Shown in pieces: positions 29,599-37,876 of a stretch of 64,000 nucleotides of DNA (the first letter of the stretch is position 1; each line of letters opens with the position of its first letter). The translations under genes were made by a program, and so were the position numbers. Location of the stretch: contig JAYGCM010000045.1 of NCBI GenBank assembly GCA_046583355.1, forward strand, positions 1-64,000, in the 5' to 3' direction. Below the pieces are notes generated by a model that worked only from the letters and a program-made list of their open reading frames with translations, was not told where the DNA came from and made no database searches. This DNA is from Deltaproteobacteria bacterium. GTDB taxonomy: Bacteria; Desulfobacterota; Binatia; UBA12015.

Positions 29599-32094
29599 TC
29601 ATTTGCAGATCAGAACGGACCCGCCGCTACGATGCGTGCACTCGGCCTGTGGCCGCGGACCGGGAAACTCCATCACAGCACAGACGCCCATCCGCTCGCT
29701 ATTGGCATCCAGCGTGACCGTAACCGTAAGGGGCGGGACGATCGTGGCCGAGGCAAAACTGCCCTTGGCGCCGACAATCTTTACGGAGACCGCGTTGGGA
29801 TCTTTGCGCACCTTCCTCAAGATGATTTTCTGCACGGCTCCCGCAACCAATTCCCTGGAACGGAACCGGTAGCCATCGTTCTTCAAGGGCAACCAACCAC
29901 GACGGGCGGCCAGATTGTAGGCACCGCCCGGAATCTCCGCATCGAGCAACCGCGTGCCGGCGGCGTCTTCGATTCGCAGACGGATGCCATGCGCAATCGG
30001 GTCGTAGACCGGCGCCTCATCGAAAACCAGATAGGATCTCAAGAGCAATTTATCGTCGCCCCCCGGCGTCGTGATCTGGGTCAATCGCACCAGCGTATTA
30101 TGCGCCTCGCCGGCGTCGGTGCAGATATCACAAAAATCCCCTTCGCCATCGCCATCGGTGTCCAATTGCTCCGGGTCGTAGACCTCGGGACAACCGTCCT
30201 CCGCATCACAGATGCCGTCATCATCCCCATCGGGCAGACCGGAATCCACGGGACAGGCCTCGCTCACGCCGTCGCAAATCTCGGCCTCATCGCAGGCATG
30301 GCTGACGCCGCGGCAGACCATGCCTTCGCGGCCGGCGAAATGGATGCAAATCCCCTCGCCATCACAAATATCTTCCGTGCAAAAGGTGCCATCATCGGCG
30401 CAAGCGACACCGAAAGCAGAATCTACATCGCCAGGACAGGAGTCCTGGTCCCCGTCGCAGACCTCCACCGCATCGCATTCGTAGGCGCCGGCGCGGCAGA
30501 TCGTCTCGGTGCCGAACTTGACGTCATCCGGACAGACATCCACGACGCCATCACAATACTCAGCTTGGTCGCAAACGCCGCCCGAAGAACGACAGAGGTC
30601 GGTACGCTTCACATCGTTCGGACACTCTACCGTGCTGCCGTCGCAGATTTCCTGAAGGTCACAGCCACCGCCCGACGCCCGGCAGACGGTACCGGACGAA
30701 TCGAGGGCGTCGGCAGGGCAATCGTTGGCAACACCGTCGCAAACGTCTTCGATATCGCACGCACCCCCCGCGGCCCGGCAGGTATCCTGGCTCTTGGCAT
30801 CGAGCGGGCATTCCTCCCCAGTCCCGGTGCAGAACTCTGCGATATCACAAACGCCACCGCTAGCGCGGCATTCACTGCTCGCGGTATGGAAGCTGCATTC
30901 CTCGGAACAACAGGCGGCAAAGCCCCCTGCTCCGCTTTCACAAGCTTCGAATTCGTCGAGGATACCGTCGCCGCAGCGCTCAACTGTGCAATTGGCGCGG
31001 CAGCCATCGCCGGGTGCCGTATTGCCATCGTCGCATTGTTCGGTTCCAACCAGAAGTGCGTCACCGCAAATTTCGGGCAACATCACGCCGGACGGCGCTA
31101 CCGTCAGATTGTCGGCCGCGCGCCCCCAACAATGAATCGTGCCGTCGGTCCGAAACGCGCAATTGGTTTGCGAGCCAACGCTGAGCGCCACGAAATCGCC
31201 TGTCGGATCGGCATTCTGCCCATAGGTGCCGGCACCCCAGCAAAGCGCATGCGCGTCGGTCGTCAGGCCGCAACTATGGCGGAAGCCCGCCTGGATCGAC
31301 GCGAAGAGTTCCCCGGCGGGCGCCTGAAGTTGGTCGTCGCCGTCGGCACCCCAGCACTGCGCCGTGCCGTCGTCTTCTACGGCGCAACAATGCCGGTCAC
31401 CGCAGCTCACATTGATGAACGTGCCGGTCTCCGGGGGATTGGAGCGGCCGTGCAGCGTGCTGCCCCAACAGGTCAGCGCATGGCTGGTATCAATCGCGCA
31501 GGCGTTGGCATTGCCCACGCCCAGGGCAAGGAAGCTGCCCGCCGGTGGCGTCGAGCGACCGCCCAGGTCGCTGCCCCAGCAAGCGATCGTCTGGTCCGCG
31601 CGCAGCCCGCAATTATGAGTCTCGCCTGCCTCCATTGTCGTGAAAGTACCCGCCGGTGGTGTCGCGCGGCCGCTGCCGTCGAAGCCCCAGCAGGCCAGCG
31701 TGCCATCGCCGCGGCGCGCACACGAGTGGCGGTGGCCGGCGGTGACCTGAACGTAAGTCGTGCCGGCCGGCGCCACAGTCTGATCGTAGGTCGCGCTTCC
31801 CCAGCAGACGATTGCCGAGCTTCCGTCCAGAGTACAGGCATGGCTACCGCCAACATCCAGGCGATTCTGCTGCTGCCAGGGGCAGCTGCTGGGCGCACCG
31901 AAACAAACATGGCCCGTCTCGATTGCGCACGCCGCATCGCAACCATCACCAGAGAAAACATTCCCGTCATCGCAAGCCTCGGCCACATCCAACACACCGT
32001 CGCCGCAGCCAGCCCAAGCCGGTAGCGGTGCCGCCAGCAGGAGAAGCATGGCAAAAACAAGGGCGGGGAAAGAAGAAAATAATCTACGGATCAT
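29599..32094 (-). CDS. Secreted Cys-rich multidomain protein (DUF4215 repeats, RCC1-like propeller, disintegrin-like repeats, TSP3-like motif)
   Basis: Signal peptide, CGDG..E.CDDGN..GDGC units, 7 RCC1-like blades, 6 CRxxxxxCDxxExCxG...CPxD-type units, DxDxDG motifs. Confidence 0.88.
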   Translation of the reverse strand: MIRRLFSSFPALVFAMLLLLAAPLPAWAGCGDGVLDVAEACDDGNVFSGDGCDAACAIETGHVCFGAPSSCPWQQQNRLDVGGSHACTLDGSSAIVCWGSATYDQTVAPAGTTYVQVTAGHRHSCARRGDGTLACWGFDGSGRATPPAGTFTTMEAGETHNCGLRADQTIACWGSDLGGRSTPPAGSFLALGVGNANACAIDTSHALTCWGSTLHGRSNPPETGTFINVSCGDRHCCAVEDDGTAQCWGADGDDQLQAPAGELFASIQAGFRHSCGLTTDAHALCWGAGTYGQNADPTGDFVALSVGSQTNCAFRTDGTIHCWGRAADNLTVAPSGVMLPEICGDALLVGTEQCDDGNTAPGDGCRANCTVERCGDGILDEFEACESGAGGFAACCSEECSFHTASSECRASGGVCDIAEFCTGTGEECPLDAKSQDTCRAAGGACDIEDVCDGVANDCPADALDSSGTVCRASGGGCDLQEICDGSTVECPNDVKRTDLCRSSGGVCDQAEYCDGVVDVCPDDVKFGTETICRAGAYECDAVEVCDGDQDSCPGDVDSAFGVACADDGTFCTEDICDGEGICIHFAGREGMVCRGVSHACDEAEICDGVSEACPVDSGLPDGDDDGICDAEDGCPEVYDPEQLDTDGDGEGDFCDICTDAGEAHNTLVRLTQITTPGGDDKLLLRSYLVFDEAPVYDPIAHGIRLRIEDAAGTRLLDAEIPGGAYNLAARRGWLPLKNDGYRFRSRELVAGAVQKIILRKVRKDPNAVSVKIVGAKGSFASATIVPPLTVTVTLDANSERMGVCAVMEFPGPRPQAECTHRSGGSVLICK

Positions 32095-32269
32095 GATCGC
32101 GGCGCCTCAGGCAAGGAGCGTGAAAAGAAGCAGTTCGTGGGAGGGGAAACGGATAGGGGGACGGAACGAAGTATCGACAGGAGAGCAGCTTCGTCTCAGT
32201 CCGCGCAACAAAGAAAATCGCGAATCAGGCCGGATTTTGCGATTTATCTCGCAAATGCCGCAGAGCCGA

Positions 32270-32285
32270 TGGCAACCCCCTTGCG
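32270..32285 (+). promoter_or_regulatory. Possible sigma54 promoter with no downstream ORF
   Basis: TGGCAACCCCCTTGCG fits GG-N10-GC. The palindrome TTGCGA-N6-TCGCAA lies at 32237-32254. Confidence 0.4.
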
Positions 32286-32419
32286 ATCGGCCCACGGGGT
32301 GCTCGCTTGTCCCTCCAGGTGGGCCGCCTACGGAGTTTGCGGCCCCCCACTCTCCCAGCAGAGAGAGCCCTCCTCCCGAGAGCCCAAATGAAGATACAGC
32401 CCGACTCTTCGGCCTGACG

Positions 32420-33217
32420 TCAGGAGTTCAAATGGTCGAGGATCTTCGCACGCCAGAGGTCGGCGTGGGTGCGCTGCGGACTATGCCAGGCACCTTCGAT
32501 CTGCACTAGCCTGGCGTTCGGGATTCCGGCGGCCAGGTGCTCGGAGGGGGCGAGGAAGGGCTGGTCTTGGCTGCCCACCAGCACCGTCGTCGGACACGCG
32601 ATCTCGCCAAGGCGATCGAGCAGCGAGGGACCGCCGAAGACCTCCGGAAAGAGCGCGAGAAAGGCCTCGATATCCATATTCTCAAGACGCGCCACCTGAT
32701 TCGCGGCGAGCCAGTCCTCGCCTCGCTGCTCGACCATGCGCTGGGCCTCGGGGAGTATCGGCATCTTGCGATGCAAGGCGAGCAGTCCGTCGCGGCGAAC
32801 CATGGCTTCGATACCGTCCGGCAGAGCCACGCCTTGCAGACTCTCGGCGGCGGTATCCATCAGGACGAGCGAGCGGACCAGGTCGGGGCGTGCCAACACG
32901 ACACGCAACACCACCATGCCGCCCATGGAGTGGCCGAGCAGATCGACCGCGCCCTGGCCCTGCGCTTCGAGAAAGGCGATCAGGTCTGTGGCAAGGATAT
33001 CGAGCGAATAGGCATCGGCTGCTGCGAAATTCGTCGAGCCGCCATGCCCGCGGTGGTCCGCCGCCAACACCCGCCGGGTCGTAGCCAATGCTTCGAGATG
33101 GTCCTCGAAATCCAGCCGAGCGCCGGTGAAACCATGCACCAGAACGAAGGTCGGATTACCCGCGCCATGCTCTTCGAAAGAAACATCGACATCGCCGATC
33201 CGGGTGCGTCGTTCCAT
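32420..33217 (-). CDS. Alpha/beta hydrolase (MenH/enol-lactonase-like)
   Basis: VHGFTG, DHRGHG, GHSMGG nucleophile, GSQD acid, AWHSP base. Confidence 0.9.
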   Translation of the reverse strand: MERRTRIGDVDVSFEEHGAGNPTFVLVHGFTGARLDFEDHLEALATTRRVLAADHRGHGGSTNFAAADAYSLDILATDLIAFLEAQGQGAVDLLGHSMGGMVVLRVVLARPDLVRSLVLMDTAAESLQGVALPDGIEAMVRRDGLLALHRKMPILPEAQRMVEQRGEDWLAANQVARLENMDIEAFLALFPEVFGGPSLLDRLGEIACPTTVLVGSQDQPFLAPSEHLAAGIPNARLVQIEGAWHSPQRTHADLWRAKILDHLNS

Positions 33218-33315
33218 GATCCCTTTCCTTCGCCCGCACGCGCGCGCCGGTCAAGCGGACGGACTGCCTGATAATCGCTCGCATCCAAGGCCGCTTCTCC
33301 GCTGTCGCGGAATCC

Positions 33316-33739
33316 ATGAGCAAAGAGAAATTGTGTACACGGGCGCTGTCGGTCGCTCTCCTTCTAACGCTGGTCCTCGCCGGGAGCACGAATGCATCGC
33401 CGGAGTGGAACCCGGATGCCTGGGCGGACGAAGATACCCTCGAGATGATGACGCAGGCACCCGGCGAGGAGCCCTATTGGTTCCCGGTCAACCTGGTCGT
33501 CATCGAAGACGATCTACGTACGGCTGGGAACCCGCGCGTCGGAGAGGCTGAACGAGAGCGTCACCAGCCCCTACATCGGCTTGCGTGTCGGCGGCCACGA
33601 GTTCGCGCGCATCAAGACGATCATGGCGCCCGAAAAGGTCGCTGCCGTCGACCACGAGATCGCCGAAAAATACTGGTCGGATTGGTATATCCGCCTGATG
33701 GCGCACCCGATGACGTTGCGCCTGGTTCCGGTCGAGTAG
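33316..33739 (+). pseudogene. Frameshifted secreted protein, possibly split-barrel (DUF2255/deazaflavin nitroreductase-like)
   Basis: Signal peptide and ...WFPVNLVVIED in one frame. The protein-like continuation IYVRLGTRA...EKYWSDWYIRLMAHPMTLRLVPVE* runs in another frame from 33512. Confidence 0.7.
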
Positions 33740-33825
33740 AGCCACGCCTTACTTACGAACCGAGAAACCCGAGCCGCACGCCAAGCTTCGAAGGCTGAGC
33801 GCGGGCCCGCACTAGAGGTCCTGCA

Positions 33826-35868
33826 TCAGCTCGCTGGCTGCGGCGGCTCTCCCAGCCAGATCGGGGAGGACCAGGCACGCTCCTGCAGCAGTGGCGAATA
33901 GAAGGGCTCGTTTGCTTCGTCCTTGCAGCAATTCGCGAAGATCTCACCCTGGCCGCCCGCCTCATGCGCCACGGCGGTTGCCGCGGCGGCGCGCTCGCTG
34001 CAATCGGCGGCAAAGGGATTCACTCCGGCGGCCTGACATTGGCGGGTGCTCCAGCGACAAGTCGGGTTCTCCAGCAGGCGCACATAATAGGCGGCATTCT
34101 CACCCGGCTGCCAGGTCGGGTCCTGCCACACAGCGCAGAGCGAGTCGTGGCCGCGGCCGCGAGGTGCACAGGTCTGCGGGTCGACGCTCGCGTCGTTCTC
34201 GCTGCCGGCGATATCAAAGACGCGCTCCTGCGGCTGGCCGGCGGCGTCGACCCAGAGTTTGATGAGTTGCACCCGCTGCAGGTCGGTTCCCGGATGTGCC
34301 GGCGTGCCCGCATCTTTCATCGCTTGGACGAAAAAGCGCGGCGCCTGACCGGCTGCATTGCGCACCAACTCGCTGCCCATCGGCACGCCCAGCGCATAGG
34401 CCTGCTCGACCGCATCGGGCATCGAGCAGAGGTCGGCAGGTAGATCGTAGCTGGCAAAGAAGCGCAGGATCGGGCGTGTGCCGCTGGTCGCATAGGTCTC
34501 ACGACGCACCATCGCGGCAAAAATCGAGTCGCGTGAATTTTCTTCAGCCCAGACGACCGCCAGGCCACCCGGCCCGTCCTCGAAATGATCCTGCAGGTTG
34601 CGCCAGCCCGCGTCGCGCCGGCCGAGGTGGCCCGGGTAGTCGAACTCCATCGTCGCACCCGGAATATTATTATGCGTATCGGTCGAACCGATGAAGCCCA
34701 TGCGGAAAGGGTTGAGACCGCTCTTTGCCTCAAGCACGAGGCCATCCTTCAGAGCGTTGCGAACCAGGTTGCGCCGACCGAAGGATTCGATCGACACCGG
34801 CGCACCGCCTTCGGTCTGCATCTCGCCAAAGAGCACGCCGAGCGAGCCCAGGTTGTCGGTGCGGTTCTGCTCGAAGGTGCAAAGCTCGTCGTTGGTGCCA
34901 ACACCACGGCCGGCGAGCCTATCGAAGCGACATTCCGAGGCCGCCTTATGCTGGATCAATTCGACGATCGGCTCGAAGGCGAGGCGGTTCTCGGCCTCCT
35001 CGGCGCTCTGCGGATCGGGAAACATCAGCCCACCTGAGAGGTTCGAATTATGCGGGATCGCGATGGCGTCGCAGCCCGTACCAGCGTCGCGACATTCCGT
35101 CTTCAGGCGACGCCAGAGTTCCGGGACATTGCGCCCACCCGTATCGAAGGAGCTGATCGGCGCCTCCGTCACGTTCTCATTTCGATAGATCACGTTGCGA
35201 TGCAGATTGTCGAAGCCCGGACTCTCGGTATATTCGTAGCCGACGAAGGTCGTGAAACGACACGCTTCGCTACGGTCATAATGCGCCTCACTCGCTGCCT
35301 GCACCTCATCCCAAACGCGCGCGGCCGCGGCCGGGCAATCGGTGAAGGGGAACGAGCAGACGATTTTTCGCTCCTTGTCGCGTTGGTCCTGGCTGATGAA
35401 GTCAGCCCAGCCGCTTGCGGCCAGCAATTGCACGTAGAACCAATCGCTGCGGGTCATCACGCAAAGCGGTGCGTATTTTCCGCCACTGAGCTCCTCGCGC
35501 GTGCAGATCTCAATTTCCCCGAAGAGTTCGGCATGGTCGGTGATGGAGGCGAAATCCAGCGGCCGCGCGAGTTGTAGCGGCACCGTCATGGCGCCGTCCA
35601 TATCGGGCAGCATCACCTTCTCACCGCGGGCAAAGCGATAGCCCGCTGCCGGGTCGCCGCGCACGCCCGACACATACGCATCAAAAGAGAAGCGGCTATG
35701 CACATGCAGATCGCCGAAGAGCGGCTGGCGCAGCGGTTCGTAAACCGCGCAATCGGCGCGTTCCTCGGTACGCTCGAAGCCGGCTTCGGGTGCAGCCAGG
35801 GCCGGTGTCGACAGCAGGCCCACTGCGAGAGCGATGCAGAGAAATCGCGAGATCATATTTTCGGCCAT
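33826..35868 (-). CDS. DUF3604 (PHP-like metallohydrolase) secreted protein
   Basis: FGDLHVHSRFSFDA, ITDHAE, GYEYT, NLHRNVI, IPHNSNLS, GSTDTHN, QERAWSSPIW. Confidence 0.9.
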   Translation of the reverse strand: MAENMISRFLCIALAVGLLSTPALAAPEAGFERTEERADCAVYEPLRQPLFGDLHVHSRFSFDAYVSGVRGDPAAGYRFARGEKVMLPDMDGAMTVPLQLARPLDFASITDHAELFGEIEICTREELSGGKYAPLCVMTRSDWFYVQLLAASGWADFISQDQRDKERKIVCSFPFTDCPAAAARVWDEVQAASEAHYDRSEACRFTTFVGYEYTESPGFDNLHRNVIYRNENVTEAPISSFDTGGRNVPELWRRLKTECRDAGTGCDAIAIPHNSNLSGGLMFPDPQSAEEAENRLAFEPIVELIQHKAASECRFDRLAGRGVGTNDELCTFEQNRTDNLGSLGVLFGEMQTEGGAPVSIESFGRRNLVRNALKDGLVLEAKSGLNPFRMGFIGSTDTHNNIPGATMEFDYPGHLGRRDAGWRNLQDHFEDGPGGLAVVWAEENSRDSIFAAMVRRETYATSGTRPILRFFASYDLPADLCSMPDAVEQAYALGVPMGSELVRNAAGQAPRFFVQAMKDAGTPAHPGTDLQRVQLIKLWVDAAGQPQERVFDIAGSENDASVDPQTCAPRGRGHDSLCAVWQDPTWQPGENAAYYVRLLENPTCRWSTRQCQAAGVNPFAADCSERAAAATAVAHEAGGQGEIFANCCKDEANEPFYSPLLQERAWSSPIWLGEPPQPAS

Positions 35869-36626
35869 TTGGGTTCACGCTTTTCCAGGAAAGCCATCAT
35901 GCCTTCGGTCATTTCGGGCGACATCATCTCGCGCGTAAAGGTCCGAATATCGTACATCGGCAGCCGCCCGTTGATATCGTCTTTGGCCAGCATGCGCGCG
36001 CGCGGTCCGGTGCGACGGAGCGTCGCCAGCAACTCGGCGGTCGCGGCTTCAAGCTGATCGTCTTCGACCGTCTTGGCCAGAATCCCCATTTCGCAGGCCT
36101 CGTCGGCGCTGAACTCGGCGGCGGTGAGGATCATGTATTTGGCTTTCGCGACACCGACAAAATAGGGCAGGCGGCCGCTCATATGCGGGTCCGGGATGCC
36201 GCGCAGGATCTCCGGCACGCGGAAGGTCGCGCTCTTGGCCGCGATCGTGATGTCGCTGAAAAGAACCAGGTTCAGGCCGCCCGCATGACATTTGCCATTG
36301 ACCGAGCAGACCACCAGCTTGCGGCAGCGCTCAAGGTGGCGGAACGGATGGTGGTCGGTCTGATCGGGCTCGGCAAGAATCGCCTCGCGGTGCTCCATCT
36401 CGCCCGACATATCGCCGCCGACACAGAAGACATCTTCGGTACCGGTGATGCAGAGCACCTCGATCGCCGGTGTTGCGTCGGCCAGCACCAGCGCCTTCTT
36501 CAGGCCGCGGTACATATCCTGCGTCATCGAGTTGCGCTTGTGCGCGCGGTTGATCCGCACATGCAGGACACCCTCTTCGATGTGGGCATCAAGGTATTTC
36601 GTATCCAGATCCAATTTATCGCTCAT
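35853..36626 (-). CDS. Enoyl-CoA hydratase/isomerase family protein
   Basis: INRAHKRNS, FCVGGD, VNGKCHAGG, PEILRG, EGMMAFLEKREPKW. Confidence 0.92.
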   Translation of the reverse strand: MSDKLDLDTKYLDAHIEEGVLHVRINRAHKRNSMTQDMYRGLKKALVLADATPAIEVLCITGTEDVFCVGGDMSGEMEHREAILAEPDQTDHHPFRHLERCRKLVVCSVNGKCHAGGLNLVLFSDITIAAKSATFRVPEILRGIPDPHMSGRLPYFVGVAKAKYMILTAAEFSADEACEMGILAKTVEDDQLEAATAELLATLRRTGPRARMLAKDDINGRLPMYDIRTFTREMMSPEMTEGMMAFLEKREPKWPKI

Positions 36627-36822
36627 GAATTCCCCTCGTTCGCAGGCATCGATACCCGCTGGATGTCGCTCCAGATTGCCAGGCCTCGCTTACGCGTAGC
36701 CAAGGCCGACAATCGGATGTTGGCAAGACACGTGTTCATTGTCACGCATGGTGAAAGTGGCACTGTCGGGGCCCTTTGTTTAGATCCTCCTGCGAACCTC
36801 AATACTCTCAGGAGATCATCTA

Positions 36823-37710
36823 ATGTCAGTTCGCTTCGACGGAAAAGTCGCCATTGTCACCGGCTCGGGAAACGGCCTCGGCCGCTCGCACGCCCTCCAA
36901 TTCGCCGAACGCGGTGCAAAAGTCGTCGTAAACGACCTCGGAGGAGCCGTCGATGGCTCGGGGGGCTCCTCGGAGGCCGCCGAGAAGGTCGTGGCCGAGA
37001 TCAAGGCAGCCGGCGGTGAAGCCATCGCCAACGGCAGCTCGGTCAGCGACCGCGCCGGCGCCGAGAAGCTCGTCCAGGACGCCATCGACGCCTACGGCAA
37101 GGTCGATATTCTGGTCAACAATGCCGGCATTCTGCGCGACCGCACCTTCAAGAAAATGGACCTCGACGATTTTCATCTTGTCGTGGATGTTCACCTGATG
37201 GGCAGCGTCTATTGCACGCGCTTCGTCTGGGAGCAGATGCTCAGCCAGGGCTACGGCCGTATCGTGATGACGACTTCTTCGTCGGGGATGTACGGCAACT
37301 TCGGCCAGTCCAATTACGGCGCCGCCAAAATGGGCGTGATCGGCCTGATGAACGTGCTCAAGATCGAAGGCCTGAAGGCCAATGTGCATGTGAACACCAT
37401 CGCGCCGACCGCCGGCACGCGCATGACCGAAGACCTGGGCTTCCCGAAAGAGGCGTTTGATGCGCTCAAGCCGGAACTGGTCTCGCCTGCGGTTCTCTAT
37501 CTCGCCAGCGAAGACGCGCCCACGGGTACGATCATCGAAGCCGGCGCGGGCTATTACGCCAAGGCCGAAATGGTCGAGGGCAAGGGTGTGAAGCTCGGCC
37601 TCGAAGCCACGGTCGATGACGTCGCCGCCAATATCGACAAAATCTGCGATATGAGCGAGGCCGCTCCGCTGAAAAACGGCGGCGCAGTCGCCATGAAAAT
37701 CTTCGGCTGA
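36823..37710 (+). CDS. SDR oxidoreductase (MFE-2-like 3-hydroxyacyl-CoA dehydrogenase)
   Basis: TGSGNGLG, VVVNDLGG, NNAGILRD, GNFGQSNYGAAK. Confidence 0.93.
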   Translation: MSVRFDGKVAIVTGSGNGLGRSHALQFAERGAKVVVNDLGGAVDGSGGSSEAAEKVVAEIKAAGGEAIANGSSVSDRAGAEKLVQDAIDAYGKVDILVNNAGILRDRTFKKMDLDDFHLVVDVHLMGSVYCTRFVWEQMLSQGYGRIVMTTSSSGMYGNFGQSNYGAAKMGVIGLMNVLKIEGLKANVHVNTIAPTAGTRMTEDLGFPKEAFDALKPELVSPAVLYLASEDAPTGTIIEAGAGYYAKAEMVEGKGVKLGLEATVDDVAANIDKICDMSEAAPLKNGGAVAMKIFG

Positions 37711-37719
37711 TCCCGAATG

Positions 37720-37762
37720 GGCCGAGCGCCGGGATGGAGACTCTCCATTTCGGCGCTCGGCC
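37720..37762. terminator. Long GC-rich hairpin between convergent genes
   Basis: GGCCGAGCGCCGGGATGGAG-ACT-CTCCATTTCGGCGCTCGGCC, a 20-bp stem with two G-U pairs. Confidence 0.6.
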
Positions 37763-37876
37763 GCACGGCTCGCCACGGGGCAATCTTCCCTTCCTGGACC
37801 GCTCTATGATGTCCGGCCGAAAAGGCAGGTGCATTCGAGTGACGCTTGCGGCCGGACCTCTGGACCCTTGCCGGGT

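Noticed and set aside
30250..30880. Periodic DNA similarity as a CRISPR or tandem array
   Set aside because: The periodicity comes from coding Cys-rich protein repeats; there are no identical repeats with unique spacers. I recognised no CRISPR, tRNA or rRNA anywhere in the window.
19566..32025. Very long antisense ORFs (19566-21269, 23933-26137, 26994-29357, 29632-32025)
   Set aside because: They are shadow frames opposite well-supported genes. This is expected in high-GC DNA, and they show no recognisable motifs.
36758..36773. TGGCAC-containing motif upstream of the SDR gene as a sigma54 promoter
   Set aside because: The GG-N10-GC spacing fits, but the -12 element is GGGC rather than TTGC/ATGC, which is too weak at this GC content.
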